A stretch of DNA of 64,000 bases from an uncultured Acidimicrobiia bacterium (GCA_964594235.1 CAZQMF010000002.1:5697-69696), one strand, 5' to 3'; shown: positions 36,019 to 45,701, counted from the first letter of the stretch. A program made the numbers and translations. Notes: a model not told the origin generated them from the sequence alone.

Positions 36019-37158
36019 GTGAAGATCCTGCACACAGCCGACTGGCACGTCGGCCGTGCCATCCGCGGTCGAAGTCGGGCGGACGAACACCGGGCGGTTC
36101 TCGAGGAGATCGCATCGATCGGCGCCAGGGAGGCTGTCGATCTGATCGCCGTCGCCGGCGACATCTTCGACGTGGTCGCGCCGACCGCGGAGTCCGAACA
36201 GATCGTCTACCGGGCGCTACTGCGATTTGCCGACATTGCACCCGTCGTGATGGTCGCAGGCAACCACGACAATCCGCGGCGCCTCGACGCGGTAGCGCCC
36301 CTTCTCGAACTCGGCCGGGTGCATGTGGTCGCGACACCGATGAAGCCGGACGAAGGCGGTGTCGTGAAGATCGAAACCAGTTCCGGGGAGGTCGCAAGAG
36401 TGGCGATGCTGCCGTTCGTCACGCAACGCGGCATCGTCTCGGCGTCCGCGCTCATGGACCTCGAGGCGTACGAGCATGGGGCGCTGTATGCCGAGCGGCT
36501 CACTGCGATCCTCGCGATGCTCACTGAAGGGATCACGACGGACGATGTCAACATCGTTGTCGCCCACGTGATGGTCGCCGAGGGCGTCCTCGGTGGGGGA
36601 GAACGCAGCGCACACACGGTCTTCGACTACTGGGTGCCGGCGGGAGCGTTCGACGGCGCCCTCTCATACGTCGCCCTCGGGCATCTGCACCGGCCGCAGC
36701 AGACCCCCGCCGCGGCTCCTGTGTGGTACGCAGGGTCACCACTTCAGCTCGACTTTGGGGAAACCGAGGATGAGAAAGCCGTGCTCGTCGTGGATGTTCA
36801 ACCGGGACTGCCTGCCGCGGTCACTCAGGTGCCCCTCACGTCCGGGCGACGTTTGCAGCAGCTCCGAGGGAGCATCGAGTCGCTCGAACCCCTTGCCGGC
36901 ACAACCGGTGACGCGTACCTGAAGATCGTCCTCGAAGAGCCGGCGAGAGCGGGGCTCGCCGATCAGGTACGAGAACTGTTTCCCGAAGCCGTCGATGTCG
37001 TTCTCGCGGCACCCGAGGGTCGGCACCGCAGCACCCCTCGCGAAGCGCGATTGGGTCGTGTTCCGCACGAACTGTTCGTCGAGTACCTCGCCGAGGCCAA
37101 CGCTTCCGATGAGCGAGTCGTAGTGTTGTTCGACGAGCTCCTGGAGGAGGCTCAGTGA
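36019..37158 (+). CDS. sbcD: Nuclease SbcCD subunit D (Mre11-family calcineurin-like phosphoesterase)
   Basis: GTG start. It has ILHTADWHVG (motif I), AGDIFD (II), AGNHD (III), VAHVMV (IV) and LGHLH (V). Confidence 0.8.
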   Translation: MKILHTADWHVGRAIRGRSRADEHRAVLEEIASIGAREAVDLIAVAGDIFDVVAPTAESEQIVYRALLRFADIAPVVMVAGNHDNPRRLDAVAPLLELGRVHVVATPMKPDEGGVVKIETSSGEVARVAMLPFVTQRGIVSASALMDLEAYEHGALYAERLTAILAMLTEGITTDDVNIVVAHVMVAEGVLGGGERSAHTVFDYWVPAGAFDGALSYVALGHLHRPQQTPAAAPVWYAGSPLQLDFGETEDEKAVLVVDVQPGLPAAVTQVPLTSGRRLQQLRGSIESLEPLAGTTGDAYLKIVLEEPARAGLADQVRELFPEAVDVVLAAPEGRHRSTPREARLGRVPHELFVEYLAEANASDERVVVLFDELLEEAQ

Positions 37159-39506
37159 GGCCGGTCGAGCTCGAGATCGCGGGATTCACCGCATATCGGG
37201 ACGAGACAACGATCGACTTTCGAAACGCCGACCTGTTCGCCCTCACCGGTCCGACCGGATCAGGCAAGTCCAGCATCGTCGACGCGATCGTGTTCGCTCT
37301 CTACGGGTCCGTCCCGAGATATGGGGACCGGCGCGCCGTCGAGCCGGTCATCACGCTCGGCAAGAACGAAGCTCGCATCCAGTTCGACTTCACCGTCGGC
37401 GACGATGCGTACCGTGTTGCCAGGGTCGTCCGACGCACCAAGGGCGGGGGCGCGACCACCGCCGAAGCACGCCTCGAACATGGCCGTGTCACGCTCGCAT
37501 CCGGCGCAGACGAGGTCACCAAGAAGGTCGAGGAGCTTCTCGGACTTGCCTATGAGCACTTCATCAAGGCCGTCGTCCTTCCGCAGGGCGAGTTCGCTCG
37601 ATTCCTCCATGACAAACCTCGTGAGCGACAGGAGCTGCTGCGAGAGCTCCTGGACCTCCGCGTCTACCGGCGCATCCGGGATCTCGCCAATGAACGCAAG
37701 TCGGTTGCAGATCGACTGCTCGCAGGGCACCAACGCGAGGTCGATCTGCTTGCCGAGAGGGCCGGTGGTGATGAGGACGCCGCTTCCCGTCGTGTATCCG
37801 AACTCGAGCGGCTCCGCGACACCATCGCCAGGATCCGCACGCAGGTGGCATCGATCGACGAACAACTGAAGGATGCGACGAAGCAGATCGCCGACGAAGA
37901 GGCAGCTATGTCGGCCCTGGCCATCCGGTCTCCGGACGGTCTCGACGAGCTGGTGGGTCGGATTTCCGATGCAGACACCGCGGTCGACAAAGCCAAGTCC
38001 GCCATGGTGAAGGCGAGCGAGGCACTGAGCGCGCATGAGCAGTCGATCGCAGGGCTCCCGAACCCGGCGATACTCGAGTCTCAGATTGCGCAGCAACGAT
38101 CCCTCGAGGACCTCCTTGGTCGGCACGAGCGCGCGACCGAACAGCTTGCCAAGTCGGCCGCGGACATCGAACAGAAGCGCCGGACTGCCGGCGCGGTCGC
38201 ACAGGCACACTCGCAGACGGAGGAGGAACTCGAACGGCTCCGGCGCGCACACGCGGCGCACGAACTCGCTGCGAACGTCGTAGTCGGTGAGCCGTGCCCG
38301 GTGTGCGGAGTCCCCATCGCAGAGATCCCGAAGGTCGAACCGATCGCGGACGTGGAACGAGCCGTAGCCGACGTTGCTCGCCGAACAGCCGATCTCGATG
38401 CTGCACGAAGGGCCCTGACCGAAGCTGAACTCGCCGGTGAGCGATCGAGGGCTACTGCGGACGAGATCTCCGCTCAGATCGGCGCGCTTCGAGCCGGCCT
38501 CGATGGTGTCCCCGGTATCGACGAGCTGGCTCGAACCCTCGCTGCCACTGCGGCTGCACAGCAACGACTCGCCGAGCTGAAGGCAACTGCACTCACCTCA
38601 GCCAACGAGCTCCGCGCCGCCGAACAGCGTCGGGAAGCGCTCACCGAAGCGCGGGCCGAGGCGCTTGCCAAATTCCACGGCGCACGAGATCGCGTCGCTC
38701 ACCTGGAGCCACCACCGGTAGTGCCGGACGATCTTGCCATCGCATGGGCGGCATTGACCGAGTGGGCAGTCGCCCGCTCACAGGAGACGCACAAGCGGCT
38801 GGAAGGGCTCCGAGCCGACGCGAAGCAGCTCGTGGACGATAGATCCCGCCTCACCGAGGATCTCGACACGCACCTTGCCGGCATGGGCGCGGATCTCACG
38901 CCGGATGAGGCCGTGTTCTCGGCCCGCAAAGACCTCGAAGGCATACGGGAGGCGAAACAGCGAACCAAGGAACTCGCAGCAGACATCACCGCCGAGAAGG
39001 ACCGAAGTCACGTCGCCGCAGCACTCTCGCGACACCTGCACTCCAACCGGTTCGAGTCATGGATCCTCGAAGAGGCACTCATCGGACTGACCGTGGGTGC
39101 CAATCAGCTGCTCGACGAGCTGTCTTCTGGCATCTACTCGCTCGAGATCGACAAGGCGGGTTTCACCGTCATCGACCATCGCAACGCCGATCAGCGACGC
39201 TCCGTCCGCACGCTGTCAGGAGGCGAGACGTTCCTCGTGTCCCTTGCCTTGGCACTCTCACTCTCTGAGGAGCTCACCAGGATGTCATCGCAGGGGAAGC
39301 TGGAGTCGATCCTTCTCGACGAGGGATTCGGCACCCTCGATCAAGAGACCCTGGACGTGGTGGCCTCGGTTGTCCAGCAGCTCGGCGCCAAAGGACTCAC
39401 CGTTGGTCTCATCAGCCATGTGCCCGACCTCGCCGAGCAGGTACCGACCCGGTTCGTCGTCACCAAGGATGTCAGCGGGGCACACGTCGAACGGATCGAC
39501 GCATGA
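37155..39506 (+). CDS. sbcC: Nuclease SbcCD subunit C (Rad50/SMC-like ATPase)
   Basis: The GTG overlaps the sbcD stop (GTGA). It has N-terminal Walker A (LTGPTGSGKSS), a long coiled-coil, a CPVCG zinc hook (GEPCPVCGVP), and a C-terminal signature (LSGGETFLVSLALALSLS) with D-loop/Walker B (LLDEGFGTLD). Confidence 0.85.
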   Translation: MRPVELEIAGFTAYRDETTIDFRNADLFALTGPTGSGKSSIVDAIVFALYGSVPRYGDRRAVEPVITLGKNEARIQFDFTVGDDAYRVARVVRRTKGGGATTAEARLEHGRVTLASGADEVTKKVEELLGLAYEHFIKAVVLPQGEFARFLHDKPRERQELLRELLDLRVYRRIRDLANERKSVADRLLAGHQREVDLLAERAGGDEDAASRRVSELERLRDTIARIRTQVASIDEQLKDATKQIADEEAAMSALAIRSPDGLDELVGRISDADTAVDKAKSAMVKASEALSAHEQSIAGLPNPAILESQIAQQRSLEDLLGRHERATEQLAKSAADIEQKRRTAGAVAQAHSQTEEELERLRRAHAAHELAANVVVGEPCPVCGVPIAEIPKVEPIADVERAVADVARRTADLDAARRALTEAELAGERSRATADEISAQIGALRAGLDGVPGIDELARTLAATAAAQQRLAELKATALTSANELRAAEQRREALTEARAEALAKFHGARDRVAHLEPPPVVPDDLAIAWAALTEWAVARSQETHKRLEGLRADAKQLVDDRSRLTEDLDTHLAGMGADLTPDEAVFSARKDLEGIREAKQRTKELAADITAEKDRSHVAAALSRHLHSNRFESWILEEALIGLTVGANQLLDELSSGIYSLEIDKAGFTVIDHRNADQRRSVRTLSGGETFLVSLALALSLSEELTRMSSQGKLESILLDEGFGTLDQETLDVVASVVQQLGAKGLTVGLISHVPDLAEQVPTRFVVTKDVSGAHVERIDA

Positions 39507-40405
39507 AGTTCTCCGTCGAACCGTGGGCGCCGGAGTACGGCACCCCCATGTCGCCCGACTTGGAAGAGACCACCACCGTTCCGGATGTGGACGTCGAGGT
39601 CCCGGCGGGGAAGTGGCACCCGATCAGCCCGAGCGTCACACCCGCCTCGACGATTCTGTTCGTCGATGGAGTTCGCCGAATCGATGCGAACGTCTGGATC
39701 GGCGACGAACAGCCGGTACTCGGCATCTGCGCCACCTACGCCGCCGGGGCGGTCCGCTCAGACGGCGACGCGAAGCTCGTCGCTGCAGCGGTGCGGCGCG
39801 GGCTGTTCACCTCGTCGCCTCAAGCCGAAGCAGTCGATACTCGCCACGGACGGTACGAAGTTCGAGCGACAGCCGGTTCATCCACCGAGGACCTGTGGCT
39901 GGGGCTTCAGCAGCGGATGGGCGAACTGGAGCACGAGATCTCCTCCGAACATCTCGACGTCGAACTCGTCATCACCGATGGGCCGTTGAGGACGGGCCGG
40001 GAGCCGGGTGTCGTGGGCTACGTCAAGACACACCACGTGCAGTACCTCCCTCCTGCCCTGAACGGCGTGCTCGCCGCGCTGCGCCCCGGCGATCGAACGC
40101 CCCTGTTTCTGATGACCACGGCGTGGAGTCGCTACTCGTGGTACCTGCGGCTGCCAGGAGGCGGTAGCGGTCCTTTCGCGGGGGTGGTCCGGTGTGAGGC
40201 GTCGGCCGACCAGGATGTCGCGTCTGCACGAGCGCTCGCCGACCGCGTCGCCGCAACGCTGCCCCGGTTTGCCTCCGAACGCCACAAGGATCCGCGTGCC
40301 CCGCAGAACCTCTACCCGATCGGGGGCCTGGAGCGGGAGTTGCGCCGGAGGCTCGGAGACCAGCATCTGCTGTACCGGGCATTGCTGGTGGCGGCGGGCG
40401 CCTAG
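39503..40405 (+). CDS. Hypothetical protein translationally coupled to sbcC; tentatively a NurA-like (RNase H-fold) nuclease
   Basis: The ATG overlaps the sbcC stop (ATGA). It has an ordered D...E...D...H pattern reminiscent of NurA catalytic motifs: ILFVDGVRRID (D55), GELEHEISSE (E143/145), VELVITDGPL (D160) and YVKTHHVQYL. It has no other recognisable domain. Confidence 0.35.
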   Translation: MKFSVEPWAPEYGTPMSPDLEETTTVPDVDVEVPAGKWHPISPSVTPASTILFVDGVRRIDANVWIGDEQPVLGICATYAAGAVRSDGDAKLVAAAVRRGLFTSSPQAEAVDTRHGRYEVRATAGSSTEDLWLGLQQRMGELEHEISSEHLDVELVITDGPLRTGREPGVVGYVKTHHVQYLPPALNGVLAALRPGDRTPLFLMTTAWSRYSWYLRLPGGGSGPFAGVVRCEASADQDVASARALADRVAATLPRFASERHKDPRAPQNLYPIGGLERELRRRLGDQHLLYRALLVAAGA

Positions 40406-40645
40406 GCGAGCTGCGCTCGCAGGTTGTCGGTTCTCAGTATTCGGTAGGGAGGCTCGCTGCGCTCGCCGTTCTCGGTTTTTGGTTCTGGGTTTTCTTTAGG
40501 ACACTCGCCGTGCGGCTTTGGTGTGATCCAGGCTGCGTTCTTACTGAAGTATTGATGACTGATGACTGATGACTGAAGACTGAAGACTCATGACTGAAGA
40601 CTGAAGACTGAATACTGTCGGCCGCAGGCTGACTCACTCGCTTTT
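40405..40645 (+). repeat. Dispersed intergenic repeat, expanded copy D, with a long degenerate heptamer array
   Basis: It has the left palindrome GGCGAGCTGCGCTCGC, the GGTTGTCGGTTCTC / TTTTTGGTTCTGGGTTTTC module, GCGTTCTTACTGA, then about 11 heptamers TGA(T/A)GAC/TGAATAC. The 3' end GACTCACTCGC overlaps the gpsA stop. Confidence 0.65.
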
Positions 40646-41626
40646 GGCTTCTCTCGTCATCAGAGCGAGGACGGCTTCCCGTGGACCGGCCCCGTCGTAC
40701 AGCACCCTGCCCACCTGTGTCGCGATCGGCATCTCGACTCCGTGGCGGTGGGCGAGGCTGAGCACCGCCCTGGTGGTCTTCACACCCTCGGCAATCATGT
40801 GCATGTCGGCGATGATGTCGCCGATCGTCCGACCCCTACCCAGTTCCACGCCGACTGTGTGATTGCGGCTCCGGGTCGACACGCAGGTCGCGATCAGGTC
40901 CCCCATGCCGGCGAGTCCCGCGAACGTCTCACGCGAGCCGCCCATCGCGACACCGAGTCGTGTCAGTTCGGCGAGTGCTCTCGTGATGAGCGATGCCAGA
41001 GAGTTGTCGCCGAACCCGAGACCCGACGACATGCCGGCAGCGATGGCGAGGACGTTCTTCAGCGCACCCGCCGTCTCACACCCGACGACGTCCCGATTGG
41101 TGTACACACGAAACGTTGGACCCATGAACAGCCGCTGGAGTTCCTTGGCCTGGTCCATGTTCTCCATCGCGATGACGGTCGCGGTCGGCTGCCCCTCCAT
41201 CACCTCGGATGCGAGGTTCGGACCTGTCATCACACCGACTCGCGAGGGATCGTGATCGAACAGGACGTCCATCGTCACTTGGGTCATTCGCAAGAGGCTG
41301 TCCTGCTCGATCCCTTTCGACAAACTGAGGATCGGTACCGATGAGTCGAGTCTGCCGGTGAGCCCTTCGATCACAGTTCGGTACCCGTGTGACGGGACGG
41401 CCATCACGACCACGTCGGTTCTGTCGACTGCTTCGTCCAGATCACTGGTCGCGCGGAGACCATAAGGGAGGCGGTGACCTGAGAAGTAGTCGGGATTCTC
41501 CCCGGTGGTTCTGATCGCTTCTGCCAGCTCCGGGCGGCGGGCCCAGAGCACAGTGGGGTGGGTTCGGGCGCTGAGGGCCGCGACCGTGGTCCCCCACGAA
41601 CCTGCTCCGATCACACTCACACGCAT
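40634..41626 (-). CDS. gpsA: NAD(P)H-dependent glycerol-3-phosphate dehydrogenase
   Basis: It has MRVSVIGAGSWGTTVA...NPDYF...LSKGIE...GALKNVLAIAAGM. The upstream part of the 725-aa ORF is antisense to ychF. Confidence 0.85.
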   Translation of the reverse strand: MRVSVIGAGSWGTTVAALSARTHPTVLWARRPELAEAIRTTGENPDYFSGHRLPYGLRATSDLDEAVDRTDVVVMAVPSHGYRTVIEGLTGRLDSSVPILSLSKGIEQDSLLRMTQVTMDVLFDHDPSRVGVMTGPNLASEVMEGQPTATVIAMENMDQAKELQRLFMGPTFRVYTNRDVVGCETAGALKNVLAIAAGMSSGLGFGDNSLASLITRALAELTRLGVAMGGSRETFAGLAGMGDLIATCVSTRSRNHTVGVELGRGRTIGDIIADMHMIAEGVKTTRAVLSLAHRHGVEMPIATQVGRVLYDGAGPREAVLALMTREAKSE

Positions 41627-41683
41627 CTCGTCGTACCGTAGTCCGCTCCGCCATCCCATCGTCGCCGGCGTCCGGCATTCCTC

Positions 41684-42787
41684 GTGCAGTCGATCGACCG
41701 GTACAGTTGTGCCGTGGCTCGACTCGGGATCATCGGCCTTCCCAACGTGGGCAAGACGGCGCTGTTCAACGCGATGACCGGCCTCGACGCGCCCACCGCC
41801 CCGCACCCGTTCTCGACGACATCTCCGAACCTTGGGGTCGCATCCATCCCGGACGAACTGCTCGAGACCGCTGCCGAAGTGGAGCACTCGAAGAAGATCG
41901 TGCACGCAAGCCTGGAACTCCTCGATCTTCCTGCCATGGCCGCCCACGGGGGAGGCTTGGGCACCCAGTTCCTCGGGAGACTCCGAGAGATGGACGGCCT
42001 GGTGATGGTCGTGAGAGCGTTCACCGACGAGGAGGTTCCCTCCGACGAGTCCGGGACCGACCCGGCCGCACAGGCGGAAGAGCTCCTTCTCGAGTTGACG
42101 ATGGCGGACGCGGACGTGTTCGAACGAAGGCGGCCGAAGATTGCCAAGGAAGCTTCTGCCGACCCGAAGAAGAAGCGGGCATCTGAGGCGATCTCCGAAG
42201 CGGCCGATCACCTCGCGCAGGGACGTCCACTCCGCGACCGGGAGTGGGAGGAACCGGATCTCGTCGCCTTCCGGGATCTTGCACCGCTCACGTTGGAGCC
42301 TGCGGTCTGGGTCGTGAACATCGACGAGGGTGAGGCGCGGCAGGAGGAGCTCGTCACGGCTGTCGCCGAGCTGGTGCCTCAAGGCGACTCTGTTGTTGCG
42401 CTGTCCGTGAAGATCGAAGCCGAGGTCGCCGCCATGGACGTCGACGATCGCCGGGATATCCTCGAAGGACTCGGTATGGGCGAGGGAGCGCTCGCCGAGA
42501 TGGTGCGGGCCGCCTACGCGACGCTCGGACTGCTCACCTTCTACACCGTTGGACCGAAGGAGTCTCACGCGTGGACGGTTCGACGTGGAGCTACCGCTCC
42601 CGTTGCGGCAGGCAAGATTCACTCGGACCTGCAGCGAGGGTTCATCAGGGCCGAGGTGGCGACGATCCACCAGGTGATCGAGGCTGGAGGATGGGACGCC
42701 GCCAAGTCCCATGGGGAGGTCCGGGTCGAAGGTAAGGACTACGTCGTCCGGCAGGGGGACGTCCTGGTGGTGAGGTTCTCGGTGTGA
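41684..42787 (+). CDS. ychF: Ribosome-binding ATPase YchF (Obg-like)
   Basis: It has GIIGLPNVGKTALFNAMT (G1), a coiled-coil insert and a C-terminal TGS domain (DLQRGFIRAEV...VVRQGDVLVVRF). An alternative GTG start is at 41714. Confidence 0.85.
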   Translation: MQSIDRYSCAVARLGIIGLPNVGKTALFNAMTGLDAPTAPHPFSTTSPNLGVASIPDELLETAAEVEHSKKIVHASLELLDLPAMAAHGGGLGTQFLGRLREMDGLVMVVRAFTDEEVPSDESGTDPAAQAEELLLELTMADADVFERRRPKIAKEASADPKKKRASEAISEAADHLAQGRPLRDREWEEPDLVAFRDLAPLTLEPAVWVVNIDEGEARQEELVTAVAELVPQGDSVVALSVKIEAEVAAMDVDDRRDILEGLGMGEGALAEMVRAAYATLGLLTFYTVGPKESHAWTVRRGATAPVAAGKIHSDLQRGFIRAEVATIHQVIEAGGWDAAKSHGEVRVEGKDYVVRQGDVLVVRFSV

Positions 42788-44955
42788 TCCTCGCAGCCGC
42801 AACGGCGGCACCGCTGGATGAACACCAGCTGCTCGTCACCCTGGTTCAGGTTGCATTGCTCGTCGGTTTGGCCCGCATTCTGGGCGGCCTCGCGGGAAGG
42901 ATCGGCCAGCCGCCGGTCGTCGGGGAGCTGATCGCGGGGATCCTGCTCGGACCATCTGTGTTCGGTGCGATCGCACCAGGAGGGTACGGCTGGGTGTTCG
43001 GGGGTGGCTACACGACCGTAGATGCGGTCGTGTTCGGACTTGCATGGATCGGCGTGATCATGCTGCTTGTCGCACTCGGATATGAGACGGATCTGGCGAT
43101 CATCAGGAGATTCCGGAGGGCAGCCGCGAGCGTGTCCCTCGGCAGCTTCACCGTCCCGTTCGTGCTGTTCTTCGCGGTCGCCTTCCTCGTCCCGGACGAG
43201 TTCGTCGGTGTGCACGGCATGGGGCTGTTCGCCGCGTTCTTCGCTCTCGCACTTTCGGTCTCGGCGTTGCCCGTTGTCGCGAAGATCCTCGCCGACCTCG
43301 GTTTCCTTCGACGCGATTTCGGCCAGATCACCCTGGCGGCCGGCATGACGATGGACGCGCTCGGATGGCTGATCCTCGCTGCGATGTCGGGAGTCGCGAT
43401 TCAAGGGGAGTTCGACCTGGGCGCGCTGGCGATGTCGTTCGTGGGACTGGTCGTGTTCCTCGCGGTCGCGGCGACGGTCGGGAGATGGGTCTTGGATCGT
43501 CTGTTCAGAATGGCGCTGCGAGGCGGGTCGAGCGTGACGGCTGCCCTGACCGTGATGATCGTCGCCGGTCTGGTCGGCGCGGCAATCACCCAGGCCCTCG
43601 GGCTGGAGGCGATCCTCGGGGCGTTCATCGTCGGCATCCTGCTGGGTGTGACCCGCCATCAGCTCCCGAGGGCACGCGAGGTGCTCGAGTCGGTGACGAT
43701 CAGCTTCTTCGCCCCTGTCTTCTTCGCCTACTCGGGGCTCCGTGTGGACTTCGGTTCACTCCGGGGACCGGCCGTGTGGTGGCTCATTGCCGTGGTGCTC
43801 CTCGCGATCGCCGCCAAGGTAGGTGGCACCATGGCCGGTGCACGCATCGGTGGGCTCGACACCCACCAGGGCATCGTCCTAGGAGCCGGCCTGTCGGCGC
43901 TGGGCGCCATGGGGGTGGTCGTCGCGATCATCGGGTTGAACCTCGGCGTGATCGCCGAATCGGCGTTCACCGTGCTGGTACTCACCGCCTTGGCCACATC
44001 CGTTCTCGCTCCGCAGCTTCTGCGTATGGCCGTCAACGATCGCGACATCGGAGAGGACGAACGCCGGCGACTCGACGAGGAGACCCTTCGCGAGCAGTCC
44101 CTGATCCTGAGATCGCAGCGGATACTCTTGCCCACCCGAGGCGGTGCGAACAGCGCGTTCGCCGCCCGTCTCGTCGCCGCCGCATTTCCGAAGGCCGAGG
44201 TGACGGTCCTCGTGGTCGAGGGTACCTCTCCGACGATTGTCGGACGGCTGCTGCGACAGACCGATCACACCGCCAGTCCGGCCGAGGTACATCTCGCGCT
44301 CGGGGATCAGGACCATCGAGTCGTTCGCAAGCGATCCGCCGATCCGGTGGCTGCGATCGTGGCCGAGTCGGTGCTCGGGTATGACCTCCTCGTGCTTGGT
44401 GCATCCGAGGAAGATTCGGATGAACGAGGGATGTTCTCCACCGTGGTCGATCGGACGCTCGCCAGGGTACGACTCCCGGTGGTGATCGTGAGGACGGCAG
44501 GTGGCACACCCGACGACCTACCGAGTCATCCGCTCGTGCCGGTGTCGAATGACCTCTCGACCCGGGCGGCCGAGGAACTCGCATACGCGATAGCACGTTC
44601 CGGCGCTGGGAGTGCGACGGCGTTGCATGTCGTCAATAGGCCATCCGGCCAAGGGGTCATGCTCGAGACGGTGATGGAGTCGGAGGCCAAGCGTGACGCC
44701 AACGAGTTGGTCGCGGAGGCGGCGGCTCTGGGGACGAGGCTGGGTATCTCCGTCGAAACGCTGATCAGCGTCGCCCCAAACGCTGTCGACGAGGTTCTGT
44801 CGGTGGCCGGCTCCGGCCCATTCGACCTCCTCGTCCTTGGCACATCGACACGACCGCTGACCGACCGACCGTTCCTAGGTCACGGCACCAGCTACATCAT
44901 CGAGCACGCTCAGATTCCCGTGGTGATCGTCGGACTCCCGAACCTGCAGAAATGA
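42784..44955 (+). CDS. Monovalent cation:proton antiporter (CPA2/Kef-type Na+/H+ exchanger domain) fused to two C-terminal universal stress protein domains
   Basis: The GTG overlaps the ychF stop (GTGA). It has about 12 TM helices (VGELIAGILLGPS...), then two USP-like Rossmann modules (ILLPTRGGANSAFAARL...; VPVSNDLSTRAAEELAYAIA...LLVLGTS). Confidence 0.75.
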   Translation: MILAAATAAPLDEHQLLVTLVQVALLVGLARILGGLAGRIGQPPVVGELIAGILLGPSVFGAIAPGGYGWVFGGGYTTVDAVVFGLAWIGVIMLLVALGYETDLAIIRRFRRAAASVSLGSFTVPFVLFFAVAFLVPDEFVGVHGMGLFAAFFALALSVSALPVVAKILADLGFLRRDFGQITLAAGMTMDALGWLILAAMSGVAIQGEFDLGALAMSFVGLVVFLAVAATVGRWVLDRLFRMALRGGSSVTAALTVMIVAGLVGAAITQALGLEAILGAFIVGILLGVTRHQLPRAREVLESVTISFFAPVFFAYSGLRVDFGSLRGPAVWWLIAVVLLAIAAKVGGTMAGARIGGLDTHQGIVLGAGLSALGAMGVVVAIIGLNLGVIAESAFTVLVLTALATSVLAPQLLRMAVNDRDIGEDERRRLDEETLREQSLILRSQRILLPTRGGANSAFAARLVAAAFPKAEVTVLVVEGTSPTIVGRLLRQTDHTASPAEVHLALGDQDHRVVRKRSADPVAAIVAESVLGYDLLVLGASEEDSDERGMFSTVVDRTLARVRLPVVIVRTAGGTPDDLPSHPLVPVSNDLSTRAAEELAYAIARSGAGSATALHVVNRPSGQGVMLETVMESEAKRDANELVAEAAALGTRLGISVETLISVAPNAVDEVLSVAGSGPFDLLVLGTSTRPLTDRPFLGHGTSYIIEHAQIPVVIVGLPNLQK

Positions 44956-44956
44956 C

Positions 44957-45000
44957 GAGGCCCCGGCAAGGGGGTAGAACCGGAGCCTCGTTGCCCTTCT
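44957..45000 (+). terminator. Hairpin terminator after the antiporter gene
   Basis: acgaggccccgg-caagggggtagaa-ccggagcctcgt (12-bp stem with 1 mismatch) followed by tgcccttcttgcg. Confidence 0.45.
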
Positions 45001-45166
45001 TGCGAAGAGCCACAATGGGCCGTTGTGTCGGGAAGGCGCCAGGGAGTCCTTGCCCGCAGCCCAATGCGCTTGTTGGGGTGTCGGGTGTGGGTGGCACCCG
45101 ACCTCTTGATCGTAGCGATCGTTTCGAGAAGGTGTCAAAAGGTTCCCAGGACGGCATACTTCTGGG

Positions 45167-45661
45167 ATGCGGGATACCCTGACAACCTTCGCACAGCACT
45201 TTCCCGAACCCCTCGCGGTCATGCTTCTCGCGGCGCTCCCCATCACCGAGCTGAGGTTCTCGATCCCATTCGCCGTGCAGGTGTTCGACATGCAGATCCC
45301 GCAGGCGTTCATCTGGTCTGTCCTCGGCAACATCCTCCCGGTTCCGTTCATCCTGGTGCTGTTGGGGCCGGTCACCTCGTGGGCCGAGGACCACTGGGCG
45401 GGACTCCATCGGTTCCTCGACCGTCTGTTCGCGCACTCACGCCGCCGGCACACGGCTCGTTTCGATCGACTTCGCGACGTGGCACTCATCACGTTCGTTG
45501 CCATCCCGTTGCCGGTCACGGGTGCCTGGAGCGGGGCACTCGCCGCGTTCGTGTTCGGCGTTGAACCGCGGCGCGCGACCCTGTTGATCTCGATCGGTGT
45601 GGTCATCGCCGGGTTGATCGTGTCTGCACTGACGGCGGCGGGGGTTGCGCTCCTCTCCTAG
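45167..45661 (+). CDS. Small membrane protein (putative small multidrug-export-like family)
   Basis: 164 aa with four hydrophobic helices (LPITELRFSIPFAV...). The start is uncertain. Confidence 0.45.
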   Translation: MRDTLTTFAQHFPEPLAVMLLAALPITELRFSIPFAVQVFDMQIPQAFIWSVLGNILPVPFILVLLGPVTSWAEDHWAGLHRFLDRLFAHSRRRHTARFDRLRDVALITFVAIPLPVTGAWSGALAAFVFGVEPRRATLLISIGVVIAGLIVSALTAAGVALLS

Positions 45662-45701
45662 ACGGCGAAGCGGCGGGATCGGCGAAGTAGGCTCAGCATC
45701 C

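Noticed and set aside
35302-37158. 618-aa ORF as given in the track
   Set aside because: The 5' 239 codons overlap the divergent decarboxylase gene. The SbcD motifs begin right after the in-frame GTG at 36019.
37260-38564. 434-aa minus-strand ORF
   Set aside because: It is antisense to sbcC.
40634-42811. Full 725-aa minus-strand ORF
   Set aside because: Only the 3' 331 codons form gpsA (start 41626). The 5' part is antisense to ychF.
44875-45606. 243-aa minus-strand ORF
   Set aside because: It overlaps the antiporter 3' end, the terminator hairpin and the small membrane protein gene on the opposite strand, and it has no motif.
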